Virus record (IMG/VR): IMGVR_UViG_3300020193_000024
Location: 1-57,504 of that record
From: a virus
Lineage: Duplodnaviria; Caudoviricetes
Strand: one strand, 5' to 3'
DNA: 57,504 bases
Numbering within the stretch: position 1 is the stretch's first letter; each line of letters opens with the position of its first letter. The notes under the pieces are model-generated. The model had not been told where the DNA came from, did no database searches, and saw nothing but the letters and a program-made list of their open reading frames with translations. A program made the position numbers and the translations under genes. Of the stretch, positions 8,675 through 18,189 are shown in pieces.

Positions 8675-11600
8675 TTAGGAATTGACGAAATGATTCAGTC
8701 GTCCTATAGTGATAATTTCCTTCGGCGTTAGTCTAAACTTCTGGCCAGCCGCTTCCGCCGCAGCACGCTTATCAGCAAAATCTTTCAACATCACTGCTAG
8801 TCTAGCTTTAATATGTGGTTTGTATTTAACTGCCTCTGGATGGTTTAGAATATCGTCTAATTTTCCAGTAGGGTCGGCCAATAGTGCGGCTAAAGGATTA
8901 GCGGCCATCTTACCTGGCGCTGATGTTGGCTCTTGTGGCTTAGTGATGGCCGCAGGTAGTCCTGTTGTAGCTGGCTTTTCCTCTGCTGGAGGAGCGGCTG
9001 GCTTCTCCTTCGGCGCAGGTGCATCATACTTGCCCTGCAAAGGAGGATAGCCATTCTTGGTCATCCAACTAATGATTTCGTCCCTAGATTTTGGTACGTT
9101 GTTGTGTTGCAGAACCTGTCCGACAATATCAACACCATACTTCTGAACGATGTTTGCAGGCGTAAGCCATTCAAATTCATGTGGCTCACGTTTTTCGTCC
9201 TGGGCATTAGCTATTTCTTGCTTGTTAAGCTCTATCTTAGCCCTAACAGCCATCTGTGCAACAACCTTGACGACGCTTTCAATATCTGTCAAGGATGCAA
9301 GTTCTGGCATTCCGACTGATATTGGATGTTCTACGTTGTTTTCGTCAACCAAAACACCGTAACCGTCCTCGGCCAGACCTTGGAACAAGTCGCCAACCCA
9401 TTCGGCTGGTTCGTCAGGTGTGCCCTCCCATACGGTCGGGATAGATGTGAAGCCTTTCTTCCTCATGTCTGACATCATGGTTGCCCAATCTTCGTCTGAC
9501 ATCTTGCCGAATTGCGCCGGACGGTGCTTCATTAGCCAGTTCTTGAGTTTTTCGTCAACTGCTTTTTGTGCCAACGCCTCTTTTCGAGGGTCATCTGCCT
9601 TCATGCCCTGGTTGGTCAGGTCTTCCATCGCCTGGTTATAGATGGCATTAGCTACGTTGGTTGCGTTAAGTAAAGCAGTCTCCAGCTTGCGGCCAGGCTC
9701 AGCCATTGATGCGCCTAGCTTGGCAGCAATCTGTTGGTTGATGCCGTTAAAGAAGGCAGCAAGTGGGCCAACGCCTTTGATTAGCCATTGGGAACGAGCG
9801 ACTTCGGAATGCACTGTCTTATACCAGACACGCATGTTGTCGATGTGACCGCCGAATTCTGATAGTTGGGGTCCACTACTGCCCCCTCTGGCTTTGTCTT
9901 CCATTGCTGCACGACCAGCAACTTGACTACCGTATCGTTTGGCACGCTCTCTTTGACGACGAGAGCCAACTGTTTCATCCAAAGCTGCCTGACTAATGGC
10001 CCAAGCAAAGTCGTAAGCGTAGTTGATACGACGCATCTTGGTTTGTTTTGCAGCATCGGCCCCTGGTCTTGCCCTATTCAAACAAAGCTTCGGAGCAAAA
10101 ATGCCCATAAGTGGGTTGTTCAAGTTCAAGACTAACAATGCGGCACAACACGAAACCATGTCTGCTTTGTGCTTTTGCAACACGCTAAGAACTGTTTCTC
10201 GCTGTTCTGCCGTGAAGTCTTCTTGTGCATTCTCTTTTCTTTTACGTGCCCCTCTTGACTTGACCCTTTCTAGGTGTGGAGGAATGTCCTCGTCCTCGCC
10301 TTTTTTTTGCCAGCCGAGCATGTTGGTCATGTATCTCTCAATACCAGACTTGGCCTCGCCCATTAGACCACCATAGTCGTAAGCGCCTCTGGGTAGACCA
10401 GGGGCACCATAGGGCATATATTGTTCTATGATTTGCCTGATGACATCTGGATTTGTAGGGACGGCCTTTCCGGCCCGACGTTGCTGGTAGTTTGGCGAAA
10501 ATCCACCTAGAACGAAACGTCGGTTAACACCTCTAAATTTGTCGGCCCACTTGTGTTTGTATTCTGGGTCGTTAGCGGCAGCGGTTATGTGGTAAGCGTC
10601 TCTCTGGTTTTCTCGAAGATGCTTCCTCTGCGCAGGAGTCAAAAGGTCATAATGACGAAATAGGTTCTTAATCCTACCGATTGAACGCCAGTCCTTGTTG
10701 GGCTTTTCTGCATCTATTTCGTTTTTTGATACTTTCTTCTGTATTGCTAAAATTCTCTCTTTGTCTTTTTTGGTAAGCGGCTTGCGAGACAAAAACTGTG
10801 CGGCTTTCTGTTGTGCGTCATGCTTCTTCATGAAAAGTTCGCCTAGCTTGTTTTCAATCTCCTCACGCTTGTCTTCTAATTCAGGAGTATTTGCATCATA
10901 CATGCTGGGATGGCGACGAAGTTCGATAATTTCCTTGTCGATTTTCTTTAACTCAGCCTCGGCTTTTTTAAGTGTTTGTGCTTCTTCTTGACCAAGAGGA
11001 TGGCTCTGACTTCCGGCCTCTCTTTGTCGCAACATCTCCAACTCTTGCTTGAGGTTAATGTTGTTCTTGTAGTAGCCGCCTTGTATACGCTTTACCAACG
11101 CATCTCTCTGAGCGTCAGAAAGAGAAGCCTCGGGGGAGCCTTTTAGGTTAGGAAGGACACGGCCCGACCCCAGAACCGGCATAGGCAACACTTCGGTAAA
11201 ACTTTCTTCTGGTTCGTTCTTGGTCCTAATGCTGTAGTTGACTTTTTTGTAAATGACTGGAAGTTCTAGTCCATGCGGCTTGCCTGTAACGGACGGCGGT
11301 GCCGTGTCTTCGTCTCCGTCCTCACTGTCGTCATCATCATCGTCATCATCATCGTCATCATCTTCGTCTTTTACGTCTTCCTGACCCAACTCGTCAGCCC
11401 ATCGCAGGAAGGACTGAGAGGGCTTCTTTCGATGAGTTGGTACAAACTTTCCACGGTATGGGTCGAAGACTGCCTCAACGTCCCGACCAGTTTCAGGGTC
11501 TTTAGTTGTTTGGGTGGACACCCCTAGTAAAGGGGCTTCGACATTTTCGCCATTGTCAATGTACGCACTTCCTCTAATCCAGGCATTTAGAACGTCACTA

Positions 11601-12391
11601 GCTACCTGGTGCTTAATGACTGTCATTCCAGCCATGTGGTGCGGCGGTTGCTTCTTCTTCTTTTTGGCTTCTGCTTCACTGCTAGAAATCAAGTCAATCA
11701 TATCGTCGTCGATGCGATTGGGTTTAGTTAAGTCGAAGTCATAGAAGCCGCCCTTATATGTATCTCGGGGTTGTAATTGCATATCCCTGGTTGCATCAGT
11801 GTGGTTGGGGAACACCATAACCTGGTCAATGCCTGGACCTTCTATTTCCGGCGTTTGCTTTGCAGCCTTGACAGTTTTGTCTTCGTTGGGGTCGTTGCAG
11901 TAGTCGTAGTCTTGTTCTTCGTCGTCAGTATCGGGCTTAGGCTTGCTGACTTTGACAGGGGCCTCAAGTTTCTTAAACAGTTTTTGGAAACCAACGTAAA
12001 GCTGCTTCTGGTTTGGCAAGGGCTTAATGGTGATTGTAGTGCCATTGCGTACGTTGAATACAATGTTATCCACCCAGTCTGGAAGGTGGGCATCGTCCAG
12101 GTTGTTCTTCTCTCTGGCCTCGGAAGCCGCAAGCATACCCTCGTTGTAACGCCATTCTAGGGCCTTCTTCCAGAACTTAGGAGGGAACTGAATAAGGAAC
12201 TTCCAATCTTCATCGTCAAAGAGAATTGGTGGTTTCTCGATGTTGCCACCGAGTTTGGAAGCAAACGCACCTTCGTCGTCATCATCTTCGTCCCAATCAA
12301 AGGCTTCTTTGAAACTCTTTAGGGTATCTGTTCGAGCAAAGAAGTCGTTGAAGTCCAAAATTTGGTCTGCTACATTTATCTTTCCAATCAT
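8675..12391 (-). CDS. Large virion/internal protein candidate (1238 aa)
   Basis: Long ORF in neck module; N-terminal LDFNDFF..LKSFKEAFDWDE; poly-Asp tract and coiled coil. Confidence 0.75.
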   Translation of the reverse strand: MIGKINVADQILDFNDFFARTDTLKSFKEAFDWDEDDDDEGAFASKLGGNIEKPPILFDDEDWKFLIQFPPKFWKKALEWRYNEGMLAASEAREKNNLDDAHLPDWVDNIVFNVRNGTTITIKPLPNQKQLYVGFQKLFKKLEAPVKVSKPKPDTDDEEQDYDYCNDPNEDKTVKAAKQTPEIEGPGIDQVMVFPNHTDATRDMQLQPRDTYKGGFYDFDLTKPNRIDDDMIDLISSSEAEAKKKKKQPPHHMAGMTVIKHQVASDVLNAWIRGSAYIDNGENVEAPLLGVSTQTTKDPETGRDVEAVFDPYRGKFVPTHRKKPSQSFLRWADELGQEDVKDEDDDDDDDDDDDDSEDGDEDTAPPSVTGKPHGLELPVIYKKVNYSIRTKNEPEESFTEVLPMPVLGSGRVLPNLKGSPEASLSDAQRDALVKRIQGGYYKNNINLKQELEMLRQREAGSQSHPLGQEEAQTLKKAEAELKKIDKEIIELRRHPSMYDANTPELEDKREEIENKLGELFMKKHDAQQKAAQFLSRKPLTKKDKERILAIQKKVSKNEIDAEKPNKDWRSIGRIKNLFRHYDLLTPAQRKHLRENQRDAYHITAAANDPEYKHKWADKFRGVNRRFVLGGFSPNYQQRRAGKAVPTNPDVIRQIIEQYMPYGAPGLPRGAYDYGGLMGEAKSGIERYMTNMLGWQKKGEDEDIPPHLERVKSRGARKRKENAQEDFTAEQRETVLSVLQKHKADMVSCCAALLVLNLNNPLMGIFAPKLCLNRARPGADAAKQTKMRRINYAYDFAWAISQAALDETVGSRRQRERAKRYGSQVAGRAAMEDKARGGSSGPQLSEFGGHIDNMRVWYKTVHSEVARSQWLIKGVGPLAAFFNGINQQIAAKLGASMAEPGRKLETALLNATNVANAIYNQAMEDLTNQGMKADDPRKEALAQKAVDEKLKNWLMKHRPAQFGKMSDEDWATMMSDMRKKGFTSIPTVWEGTPDEPAEWVGDLFQGLAEDGYGVLVDENNVEHPISVGMPELASLTDIESVVKVVAQMAVRAKIELNKQEIANAQDEKREPHEFEWLTPANIVQKYGVDIVGQVLQHNNVPKSRDEIISWMTKNGYPPLQGKYDAPAPKEKPAAPPAEEKPATTGLPAAITKPQEPTSAPGKMAANPLAALLADPTGKLDDILNHPEAVKYKPHIKARLAVMLKDFADKRAAAEAAGQKFRLTPKEIITIGRLNHFVNS

Positions 12392-12398
12392 CGTAACG

Positions 12399-12404
12399 TA
12401 TATA
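12399..12404. promoter_or_regulatory. Bidirectional TATATA late-promoter box
   Basis: Lies in the 21-nt gap between divergent ATGs at 12391 and 12413. Confidence 0.55.
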
Positions 12405-12412
12405 TCTCTGAA

Positions 12413-13318
12413 ATGAATAATTGCACACCATGTAAGAGCAATACGTTGTTTATAAATATGCCGACTAATAACGCCGTTGCCAACAAAAGCTGTACGGCGG
12501 TGTCAAACACTACTGAGGGTATTACTACTCAAGTAGACATTCCTATCCCAAGACGACCTAACCGTGAGTTGGTTAGAGAGCAAATCAAAGACTACGTTTT
12601 GCTCAATCTTGGGGCACCCGTCGTCAAGATAGAACTAGACCAACAAAACCTAGATGGGGCAGTTGACTTTGCTCTCCAGGTTTTTGAGGAATACTGTGGT
12701 CGAGAGTATTACACCTATTACACCTTCCTCACCGTGCCCGGCCAGTCGGTCTATAAAATGCCTGATGAAGTTGGCTTAATTCGCAACGTTTACTACAAGA
12801 AACAAGGAAACTTTGGTTTCCAAGGGTCTGACCTGGGTGGTGCGTTGCCTATCGAATACTTCTATCCGGGTGGCGCTTATGGCAGTACGCAGGGCGGTTT
12901 GATTGACCCTACACAGCCGATGTGGGGGAGAATGGGAGAGTGGGTACTATACAAGCAGTACGAGCAGATGTATACCCGTATTAGCAGCCAGATTGGTGGA
13001 TGGGAATGGGTTGGCGGACTTGGTAATATCAAGCTCTACCCCATTCCTTGTCGGTCGGTATGGGTTAGTGTTCAATACTTGCAGAAGCATGCCGACTTCA
13101 AACAGGTCACGCAAGCTATGCAAGAGGGAGCTTTGTGCTTCGCTAAGATAATGCTAGGCCGCATCAGAAGCAAGTATCAGCAGCTACCGGGACCGGGCCA
13201 GGGTATGCAGCTAGACGGTCAGGCTTTGTTGCAGGAAGGCCGTGAGGAGAAGAAGGAGTGGGAAGAAAGATTGATTTATAGGTTCGGCGAGCCGCAACAA
13301 CCAATCTTTATGGACTAA
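12413..13318 (+). CDS. Neck protein (T4 gp13-like)
   Basis: IKDYVLLNLGAPVVKIELDQQNLD.AVD.AL..FEEY; AK..LG.IRSKY..LPGPG.G..LDG..L..EG.EE. Confidence 0.9.
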   Translation: MNNCTPCKSNTLFINMPTNNAVANKSCTAVSNTTEGITTQVDIPIPRRPNRELVREQIKDYVLLNLGAPVVKIELDQQNLDGAVDFALQVFEEYCGREYYTYYTFLTVPGQSVYKMPDEVGLIRNVYYKKQGNFGFQGSDLGGALPIEYFYPGGAYGSTQGGLIDPTQPMWGRMGEWVLYKQYEQMYTRISSQIGGWEWVGGLGNIKLYPIPCRSVWVSVQYLQKHADFKQVTQAMQEGALCFAKIMLGRIRSKYQQLPGPGQGMQLDGQALLQEGREEKKEWEERLIYRFGEPQQPIFMD

Positions 13319-13326
13319 ATAGGACT

Positions 13327-13836
13327 ATGAGACATTTTAGGGCTTACTTGAATGAACAAAGGATGGGCGAATGGGTCTGCATGGCCCGTCTGCCTATGCT
13401 TACCGAAGCCGCCGAGGGCACTCGCTATAGTGTGGAGGTCAACTTCCGCACTACGCCCGATGAGTCCTTGGAAGCTTTTGCTAAGATAGCTCTAGGCTAT
13501 GTTAGTGCCGGTCTAAAGCAGCATAATTTTCATGTCAAGCACGTTTACACCGAAAAACCAATTCGCATCTTAGTTTCCAGCCGCAACTGGGACGACGGGG
13601 AATGGGTAGTCTTAGTTTCTTGGAACCCTGAACATAAATGCTTTGTTTGTTCCAAAGGGTTTTACAACAAAGACAGGCGTACCGTATCCGTTCACTCCAG
13701 CGAGAAGTGTAATGCCGATAATGCGGCTGAAATAACCAAGCAAGTGTACAATTTAATGCATCACTTGAAAAGTCAGCCTGACCGCCACCAAGAGAAGCTA
13801 AAGCCTGTTCCTCTCAAGAGGGGGCCTAAGAGTTAA
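13327..13836 (+). CDS. Putative head-packaged protein with CTS-like N-terminus
   Basis: MRHFRAYLNE; TAAATA 5 nt before ATG. Confidence 0.65.
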   Translation: MRHFRAYLNEQRMGEWVCMARLPMLTEAAEGTRYSVEVNFRTTPDESLEAFAKIALGYVSAGLKQHNFHVKHVYTEKPIRILVSSRNWDDGEWVVLVSWNPEHKCFVCSKGFYNKDRRTVSVHSSEKCNADNAAEITKQVYNLMHHLKSQPDRHQEKLKPVPLKRGPKS

Positions 13837-14701
13837 GTGGAGGCAAGCCTTCTTTGTTTGCCATTCTTCCTTCTTTATCACCGCCACAGCGCACGTAATG
13901 CTCAAATCCGCAAGTCACGGATTTGTTGTCAATCATCTTCTTAACATCAGGGTACTTGTTGACATAGAACTCCTCGTCAAAGCCTGGGTTAGAGAAATCA
14001 CAGATGTCCTCCAGCAAGTAGTTGACGTTATAGTCAGACCAGTCTTGCAGTTGTCTAGTGAAGTAGCATATTACCGAACGTTTGATTAACGGGAATCCTT
14101 TTTCAAGCAGGAAAGGCACACAGAAGTTTGGCAGGCTGTGGCCGGATGAGATAGTGACCGGATATTGTGCCCACATGCGTACTTTTTTCTTCCGCAGGCA
14201 GTCACTCAAGCCTACCTCATAAGTGTTAATGACATCCTGCTTGCCGGTCCTAATGATGCCATGAGCATTGAAGTATTCCCGGACCGAGCCAGTGATTTTC
14301 TGTCTCCAGCCGAAGAAGTAAGACTGGACATGGGTGGATATTTGGGAGTTAGCGGTCAGGCCATAGTAGTCGAAGTTGTTCTTATCCGTCCACTGGAAAA
14401 AACTGTTTAGTCTTTTCACTGGTATGCAGGAGTCGTTGACTAACAAGATGTCGTCGTAAATCTGAATTTTTTCCGACTCTTCGTTAAGGCCACGATACCA
14501 GGCCCCAAAGTCCCATCCTTCGTTTGGATAGATGTGGAAGTTTATTCTGCGGTTCGAGAGGTAGGCTTGTGACTCGCTATTCAGCCTTCCTACCGCTAGT
14601 ACGGTGACTTTAGCGTGGATGCTTAGTTCTTCGATGTAGACCTTGCGGAAGTTCTGCAATTCGCCGGTCGGCGAATACATGACAAAGAGACACAATTTCA
14701 T
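13826..14701 (-). CDS. Rhamnan synthesis F (RgpF)-family glycosyltransferase-like protein
   Basis: NEGWDFGAW, LLVNDS, YGLT...HVQSYF, YEVGLS; C-terminal FDEEFY...YPDV...EHY...G..EGR repeat. Confidence 0.75.
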   Translation of the reverse strand: MKLCLFVMYSPTGELQNFRKVYIEELSIHAKVTVLAVGRLNSESQAYLSNRRINFHIYPNEGWDFGAWYRGLNEESEKIQIYDDILLVNDSCIPVKRLNSFFQWTDKNNFDYYGLTANSQISTHVQSYFFGWRQKITGSVREYFNAHGIIRTGKQDVINTYEVGLSDCLRKKKVRMWAQYPVTISSGHSLPNFCVPFLLEKGFPLIKRSVICYFTRQLQDWSDYNVNYLLEDICDFSNPGFDEEFYVNKYPDVKKMIDNKSVTCGFEHYVRCGGDKEGRMANKEGLPPLNS

Positions 14702-14794
14702 TTCGATGCTCCGTTTCTTTCTATTTCTATTCTACACTATTCGTGCTCACTAGTAGAGTTTTGTTTTATTTTTTTGCAATGCCTAAATAAAGAG

Positions 14795-15256
14795 ATGTAT
14801 TACCACATTGGACAAGGCGGTCGCCGCTATTGGGGGGACAAGGGTGCAGGCATCCTGTTCACAGACGGGGCGAGCATTCTGTTGCTCAAACGTGCGACAG
14901 AGGGCGCAGCCGCAGACCACGGGGAAACCTGGGGCATCCCTGGGGGGAAAGCTGAAAAAGGCGAAATGCCTATCGAAACAGCGGTTAGAGAGACAAAGGA
15001 GGAGGCGGGCAACGTCGAGGGCACAAGGTTTGCGCAGTTTGATGAGAGAGACGGACGCCATGTGTTTACTGTCTTTTTGTACAAGGTAAGAACCCCCTTC
15101 GAGGTCAAACTGAGCGATGAACACACAGACTCAAAATGGATTGCCCTGTCCGACCTCAAGAAGTTCCCCCTCCACCCCAAGTTTGAGGAGCATCTGCCCT
15201 ATTATTTGAAGGCTATACAGCGGAAATTTCACAAAACCACCACGGTTGACTCTTGA
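14795..15256 (+). CDS. Nudix hydrolase
   Basis: Nudix box GGKAEKGEMPIETAVRETKEEAG; TAAATA 5 nt before ATG 14795. Confidence 0.9.
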   Translation: MYYHIGQGGRRYWGDKGAGILFTDGASILLLKRATEGAAADHGETWGIPGGKAEKGEMPIETAVRETKEEAGNVEGTRFAQFDERDGRHVFTVFLYKVRTPFEVKLSDEHTDSKWIALSDLKKFPLHPKFEEHLPYYLKAIQRKFHKTTTVDS

Positions 15257-15281
15257 AAATCAGGTTGTACAGTGCTAAACT
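15253..15281 (+). promoter_or_regulatory. Sigma70-type promoter with extended -10
   Basis: TTGAAA-N17-TAAACT, with TG one base before the -10. Confidence 0.5.
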
Positions 15282-15320
15282 ACTAGGGAATCGCCGCTCT
15301 AACAGAAAGGTTGGTGACTA

Positions 15321-15542
15321 ATGCTGTTGCACATTAGGCGAACGGGAAAAGTTGCCGTGGACGAAATGTGTGTGTGTGGCCACCCGAAATCCCTTCATGG
15401 GAGCCACACACACCACGGCGAGCGTCAGATGCTACGAGTTGCGGAATCTGGCAACTGTTGTGCGGGCGAATGCGCATGTGCCAGATTCCGTTGGGCAAGC
15501 TGGATTTACGATGAGACTAGGCAACAAAAGCACGCTCTCTAA
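15321..15542 (+). CDS. Small Cys/His-rich, probably Zn-binding protein
   Basis: CVCGH...H and CCAGECAC..F motifs; SD-like AAAGG and promoter upstream. Confidence 0.6.
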   Translation: MLLHIRRTGKVAVDEMCVCGHPKSLHGSHTHHGERQMLRVAESGNCCAGECACARFRWASWIYDETRQQKHAL

Positions 15543-16911
15543 TTTCATCCAGCGTCGTTGTGTACATGACTTTCCCGTTGAGGAAAACGTCCAGAAGATA
15601 GTCAGTTCTCGGGTCGCCCGGCCCGGCAGTCACAAGTTTTGGTTTTCCTCCAGCCACAGGACTTTCAGCCCCTAACACTAGCTTCATTCGGCCATGCTTA
15701 GAGTGCTTCCTTGGGTCTGTCGATGGCTGCTTGAACACCGCTTGTTCAACTCCGTTAATGATTGCACTGGAGCATTTGAAGGCAAATCTCTGTGTGTCTC
15801 TGTTGAGCTTTTGCAATAACCCCCCACCAGAACCGAATGCGATATTGTCTGTGGACCACCGTGCGCTTTTCAAGGCTTGCAAACAAGTCTTGAAAGTTGG
15901 GAAGTCAATGCCGTCGCCCTGGATAACCCTTACCTTGGGATGAAGCATCATGTATCCTTTGGCGTTTTTCTCTGTGCCGAACACCTGCCCTGTCCAGGCA
16001 ATGACTTGTAACAAGGTGTCGGGTAGCTTGCCAGAGTCGGGCCTAATGACTAGGATGCCGTCTCGGGCATACACTTGTTCTTTTAGTGTGTGCCAGGTTC
16101 CCATAATGGCTGAGTTGATGTCGTAGGAATCACTAACGACTGCCACCAAACCAGTTGGGTATTGTTCCAGCATGTTCCTGAACGCATCGTTTTGTCCCTT
16201 ACTGCCCCAGCATGTCATTGTGCTGTGTTCGGCAGCAGGGATTGAGTACCCGGCAACTGGACAAGAATAGTAGTCTCTGGCCACAACTAAAGCTTCCAGG
16301 GTGTCTGTGCCTTTGAAGTTGACCAGGTGGGCACAACCGCCCAACCCGGCAGATTCAACAGAACTCACACCCCGGAAGCCGAAGTCATGTAATTTGAAGT
16401 CTACTAGAAGTGGGTCGCCGGTATCTTCCAAGTAGTTCAGCAGCATGATTTTCATTTCTCGGGACTGAGTAGCGACCGTGCTACCGTACCACACCTGCAC
16501 TAGTAGTGTCTCAAGATAGCTAGTTAGCCAAGCACATGCCGGGTCTGTGTTCTCTACCGTCATCATGACGTTGTTAATGGGAACGCATGTTCCTTCCTGC
16601 ACCGCCTTGATGCGGATAGGCAGGTGCCCGTCGTGTTTCTCTAGGATGTATTCCCACCCTTTGCGGTTGAAAAGAGTCGGGTCATTGAAGTGCTGAGCAA
16701 ATAAGGCGGCAGCTTCTTCAATCTTTTCTTTAGTGACTACCTTGCCCTCAAGGTATTTCTTGAGGATGTATTGCAAGCTAAAGAAACAAGTTTCAGGGAA
16801 AACCGCACCATCCCTGCACTCCATGTAGGAGTACACATACTCTGTGCCAGGCGGGTACTGTCGCCAGTGGGTGACTTTGTAACTGTCAGTTAGCAGGAGC
16901 AGATTGTTCAT
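15517..16911 (-). CDS. nadV: Nicotinamide phosphoribosyltransferase (NAMPT/NadV family)
   Basis: LLLTDSYKVTH, LHDFGFRG, SIPAAEHS, VVSDSYD, VIRPDSG, VIQGDG, FGSGGGLLQK. Confidence 0.92.
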   Translation of the reverse strand: MNNLLLLTDSYKVTHWRQYPPGTEYVYSYMECRDGAVFPETCFFSLQYILKKYLEGKVVTKEKIEEAAALFAQHFNDPTLFNRKGWEYILEKHDGHLPIRIKAVQEGTCVPINNVMMTVENTDPACAWLTSYLETLLVQVWYGSTVATQSREMKIMLLNYLEDTGDPLLVDFKLHDFGFRGVSSVESAGLGGCAHLVNFKGTDTLEALVVARDYYSCPVAGYSIPAAEHSTMTCWGSKGQNDAFRNMLEQYPTGLVAVVSDSYDINSAIMGTWHTLKEQVYARDGILVIRPDSGKLPDTLLQVIAWTGQVFGTEKNAKGYMMLHPKVRVIQGDGIDFPTFKTCLQALKSARWSTDNIAFGSGGGLLQKLNRDTQRFAFKCSSAIINGVEQAVFKQPSTDPRKHSKHGRMKLVLGAESPVAGGKPKLVTAGPGDPRTDYLLDVFLNGKVMYTTTLDEIRERAFVA

Positions 16912-17470
16912 CTTCCACCATTGTTTTGATAAGGAATTGCATGTCTTCCCAAACGTCAGGTTTCCTGCCTGGGTTATGTAACAGGAAGCTGGGATGGAAA
17001 GTGCAAATCACTTTTCTGTTGTTGAGATTAAAAACCTGGCCTCTTAGCATACTAATGGGTGTTTTAACCCCTAAGAGGTTTTGTGCCGCACATCCCCCTA
17101 AGCATACTATGTACTTCGGGTTGACCACTTTGATTTGCAGGTCCAGGAAAGGACGGCAGTTAGTGGCTTCTTCTGTTATAGGAGTCCGATTCCCTGGAGG
17201 GCGACATTTACAGATGTTAGCGATGTAAACGTCTTCCCGCTTCCACCCACAGGCTGTAAGGATGTTCGTTAGTAGTTGACCAGCAGGCCCGACAAAGGGT
17301 TCACCTTTCTCGTCTTCTTTCTGACCTGGTGCTTCTCCTATGAACATCACTTTAGCGTCAGAATTGCCTGTCCCGAACACCGTTCGTGACCGATTGCTTA
17401 CTAAGTCTGAGCATTTAGTGCATTGCACAACCTGCTCATCCAGCATCGAAAGCATTTGCAGCTTATTCAT
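16886..17470 (-). CDS. Uracil-DNA glycosylase, family 4 (4Fe-4S)
   Basis: CTKC, FIGEAPG..ED..G.PFVG.AG, KCRPP.NR.P, TFHPS. Confidence 0.93.
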   Translation of the reverse strand: MNKLQMLSMLDEQVVQCTKCSDLVSNRSRTVFGTGNSDAKVMFIGEAPGQKEDEKGEPFVGPAGQLLTNILTACGWKREDVYIANICKCRPPGNRTPITEEATNCRPFLDLQIKVVNPKYIVCLGGCAAQNLLGVKTPISMLRGQVFNLNNRKVICTFHPSFLLHNPGRKPDVWEDMQFLIKTMVEDEQSAPAN

Positions 17471-17475
17471 TGGTA

Positions 17476-17547
17476 CTATGCAACCCTGGTCCTTTGGATG
17501 TTAATGTTCTGACTAGTGGCCTTGAGATACTGCGTGAATGTTTTTAT
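17476..17547 (-). pseudogene. Relic or micro-ORF of a CTS-bearing gene with ATA in place of ATG
   Basis: TAAATA-CTGC-ATA then K-T-F-T-Q-Y-L-K-A-T-S-Q-N-I-N-I-Q-R-T-R-V-A-stop. Confidence 0.5.
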
Positions 17548-17561
17548 GCAGTATTTAGGCA

Positions 17562-17972
17562 TCACTGCCATTTCTTATCATGCCACTCTTCCACCGCTTG
17601 TTCCCAATGCTCAAGGTGTTTCCCTTCCGGCTTTCCCTGCTCCAGCCAGATGTAGTACGCCCGCACCCTTGTCCGTTCTTTAAGTTCCTCCCAGGGTTTG
17701 TCCCAGACCAGGTAGAGTTGCTCATGGATGGAAACGCCATTATTCAGGAGGGTTCTAGCCTCCCGCAGTTGGGTGTGAAAGCATTGCAGTGGCGTGTTGC
17801 CGTCTTCGGGGATGTGCCAAAAGTGGGGGAAGCCCGTTAATCCCCAGATAATTTCTGAGAGTTGGTTCGGGGTGGCGTCGGGGAAGTATTCTTGGGCAAT
17901 CTCTTTGGGAGTACCGTCCCACGGCTCTGTGTTCTCAGGTGGGAGTTTCGGTAGACCTAGTGATTTTGTCAT
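17562..17972 (-). CDS. Hypothetical protein with C-terminal DUF2934-like domain
   Basis: RVRAYYIWLEQGKPEGKHLEHWEQAVEE. Confidence 0.7.
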   Translation of the reverse strand: MTKSLGLPKLPPENTEPWDGTPKEIAQEYFPDATPNQLSEIIWGLTGFPHFWHIPEDGNTPLQCFHTQLREARTLLNNGVSIHEQLYLVWDKPWEELKERTRVRAYYIWLEQGKPEGKHLEHWEQAVEEWHDKKWQ

Positions 17973-18160
17973 TTGTCTTCTTCCTCGTCTTCATGGTAGG
18001 GGCGACGGCGGTATTTCCACCAGTTAGCGGGGTCGTCGTCCTTCTCGTCTTCTTGCTTCGCTTTCTTGCGCAAGTTTCCGATAGTCATTCGAGTGCTTAT
18101 TGTACTCAAAATGAACCCCAACACCATGCCAATAATTATGCCGACGAGAAAAACATCCAT
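17969..18160 (-). CDS. Small single-pass membrane protein
   Basis: N-terminal hydrophobic helix then charged tail; TACCAT 6 nt before ATG. Confidence 0.65.
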   Translation of the reverse strand: MDVFLVGIIIGMVLGFILSTISTRMTIGNLRKKAKQEDEKDDDPANWWKYRRRPYHEDEEEDK

Positions 18161-18189
18161 GCCTTTATGGTAGCTTGCCTGCCCTATTT

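Noticed and set aside
12451-12458. Perfect TATAAATA inside the 5' end of gp13
   Set aside because: Overlaps the following ATG and lies in coding sequence; the intergenic TATATA explains expression better
714-13318. Contractile injection system / tailocin locus in a bacterial chromosome
   Set aside because: Neck proteins gp13/gp14, gp15, a gp55-like sigma, T4-type late promoters and phage-style gene density indicate a true phage
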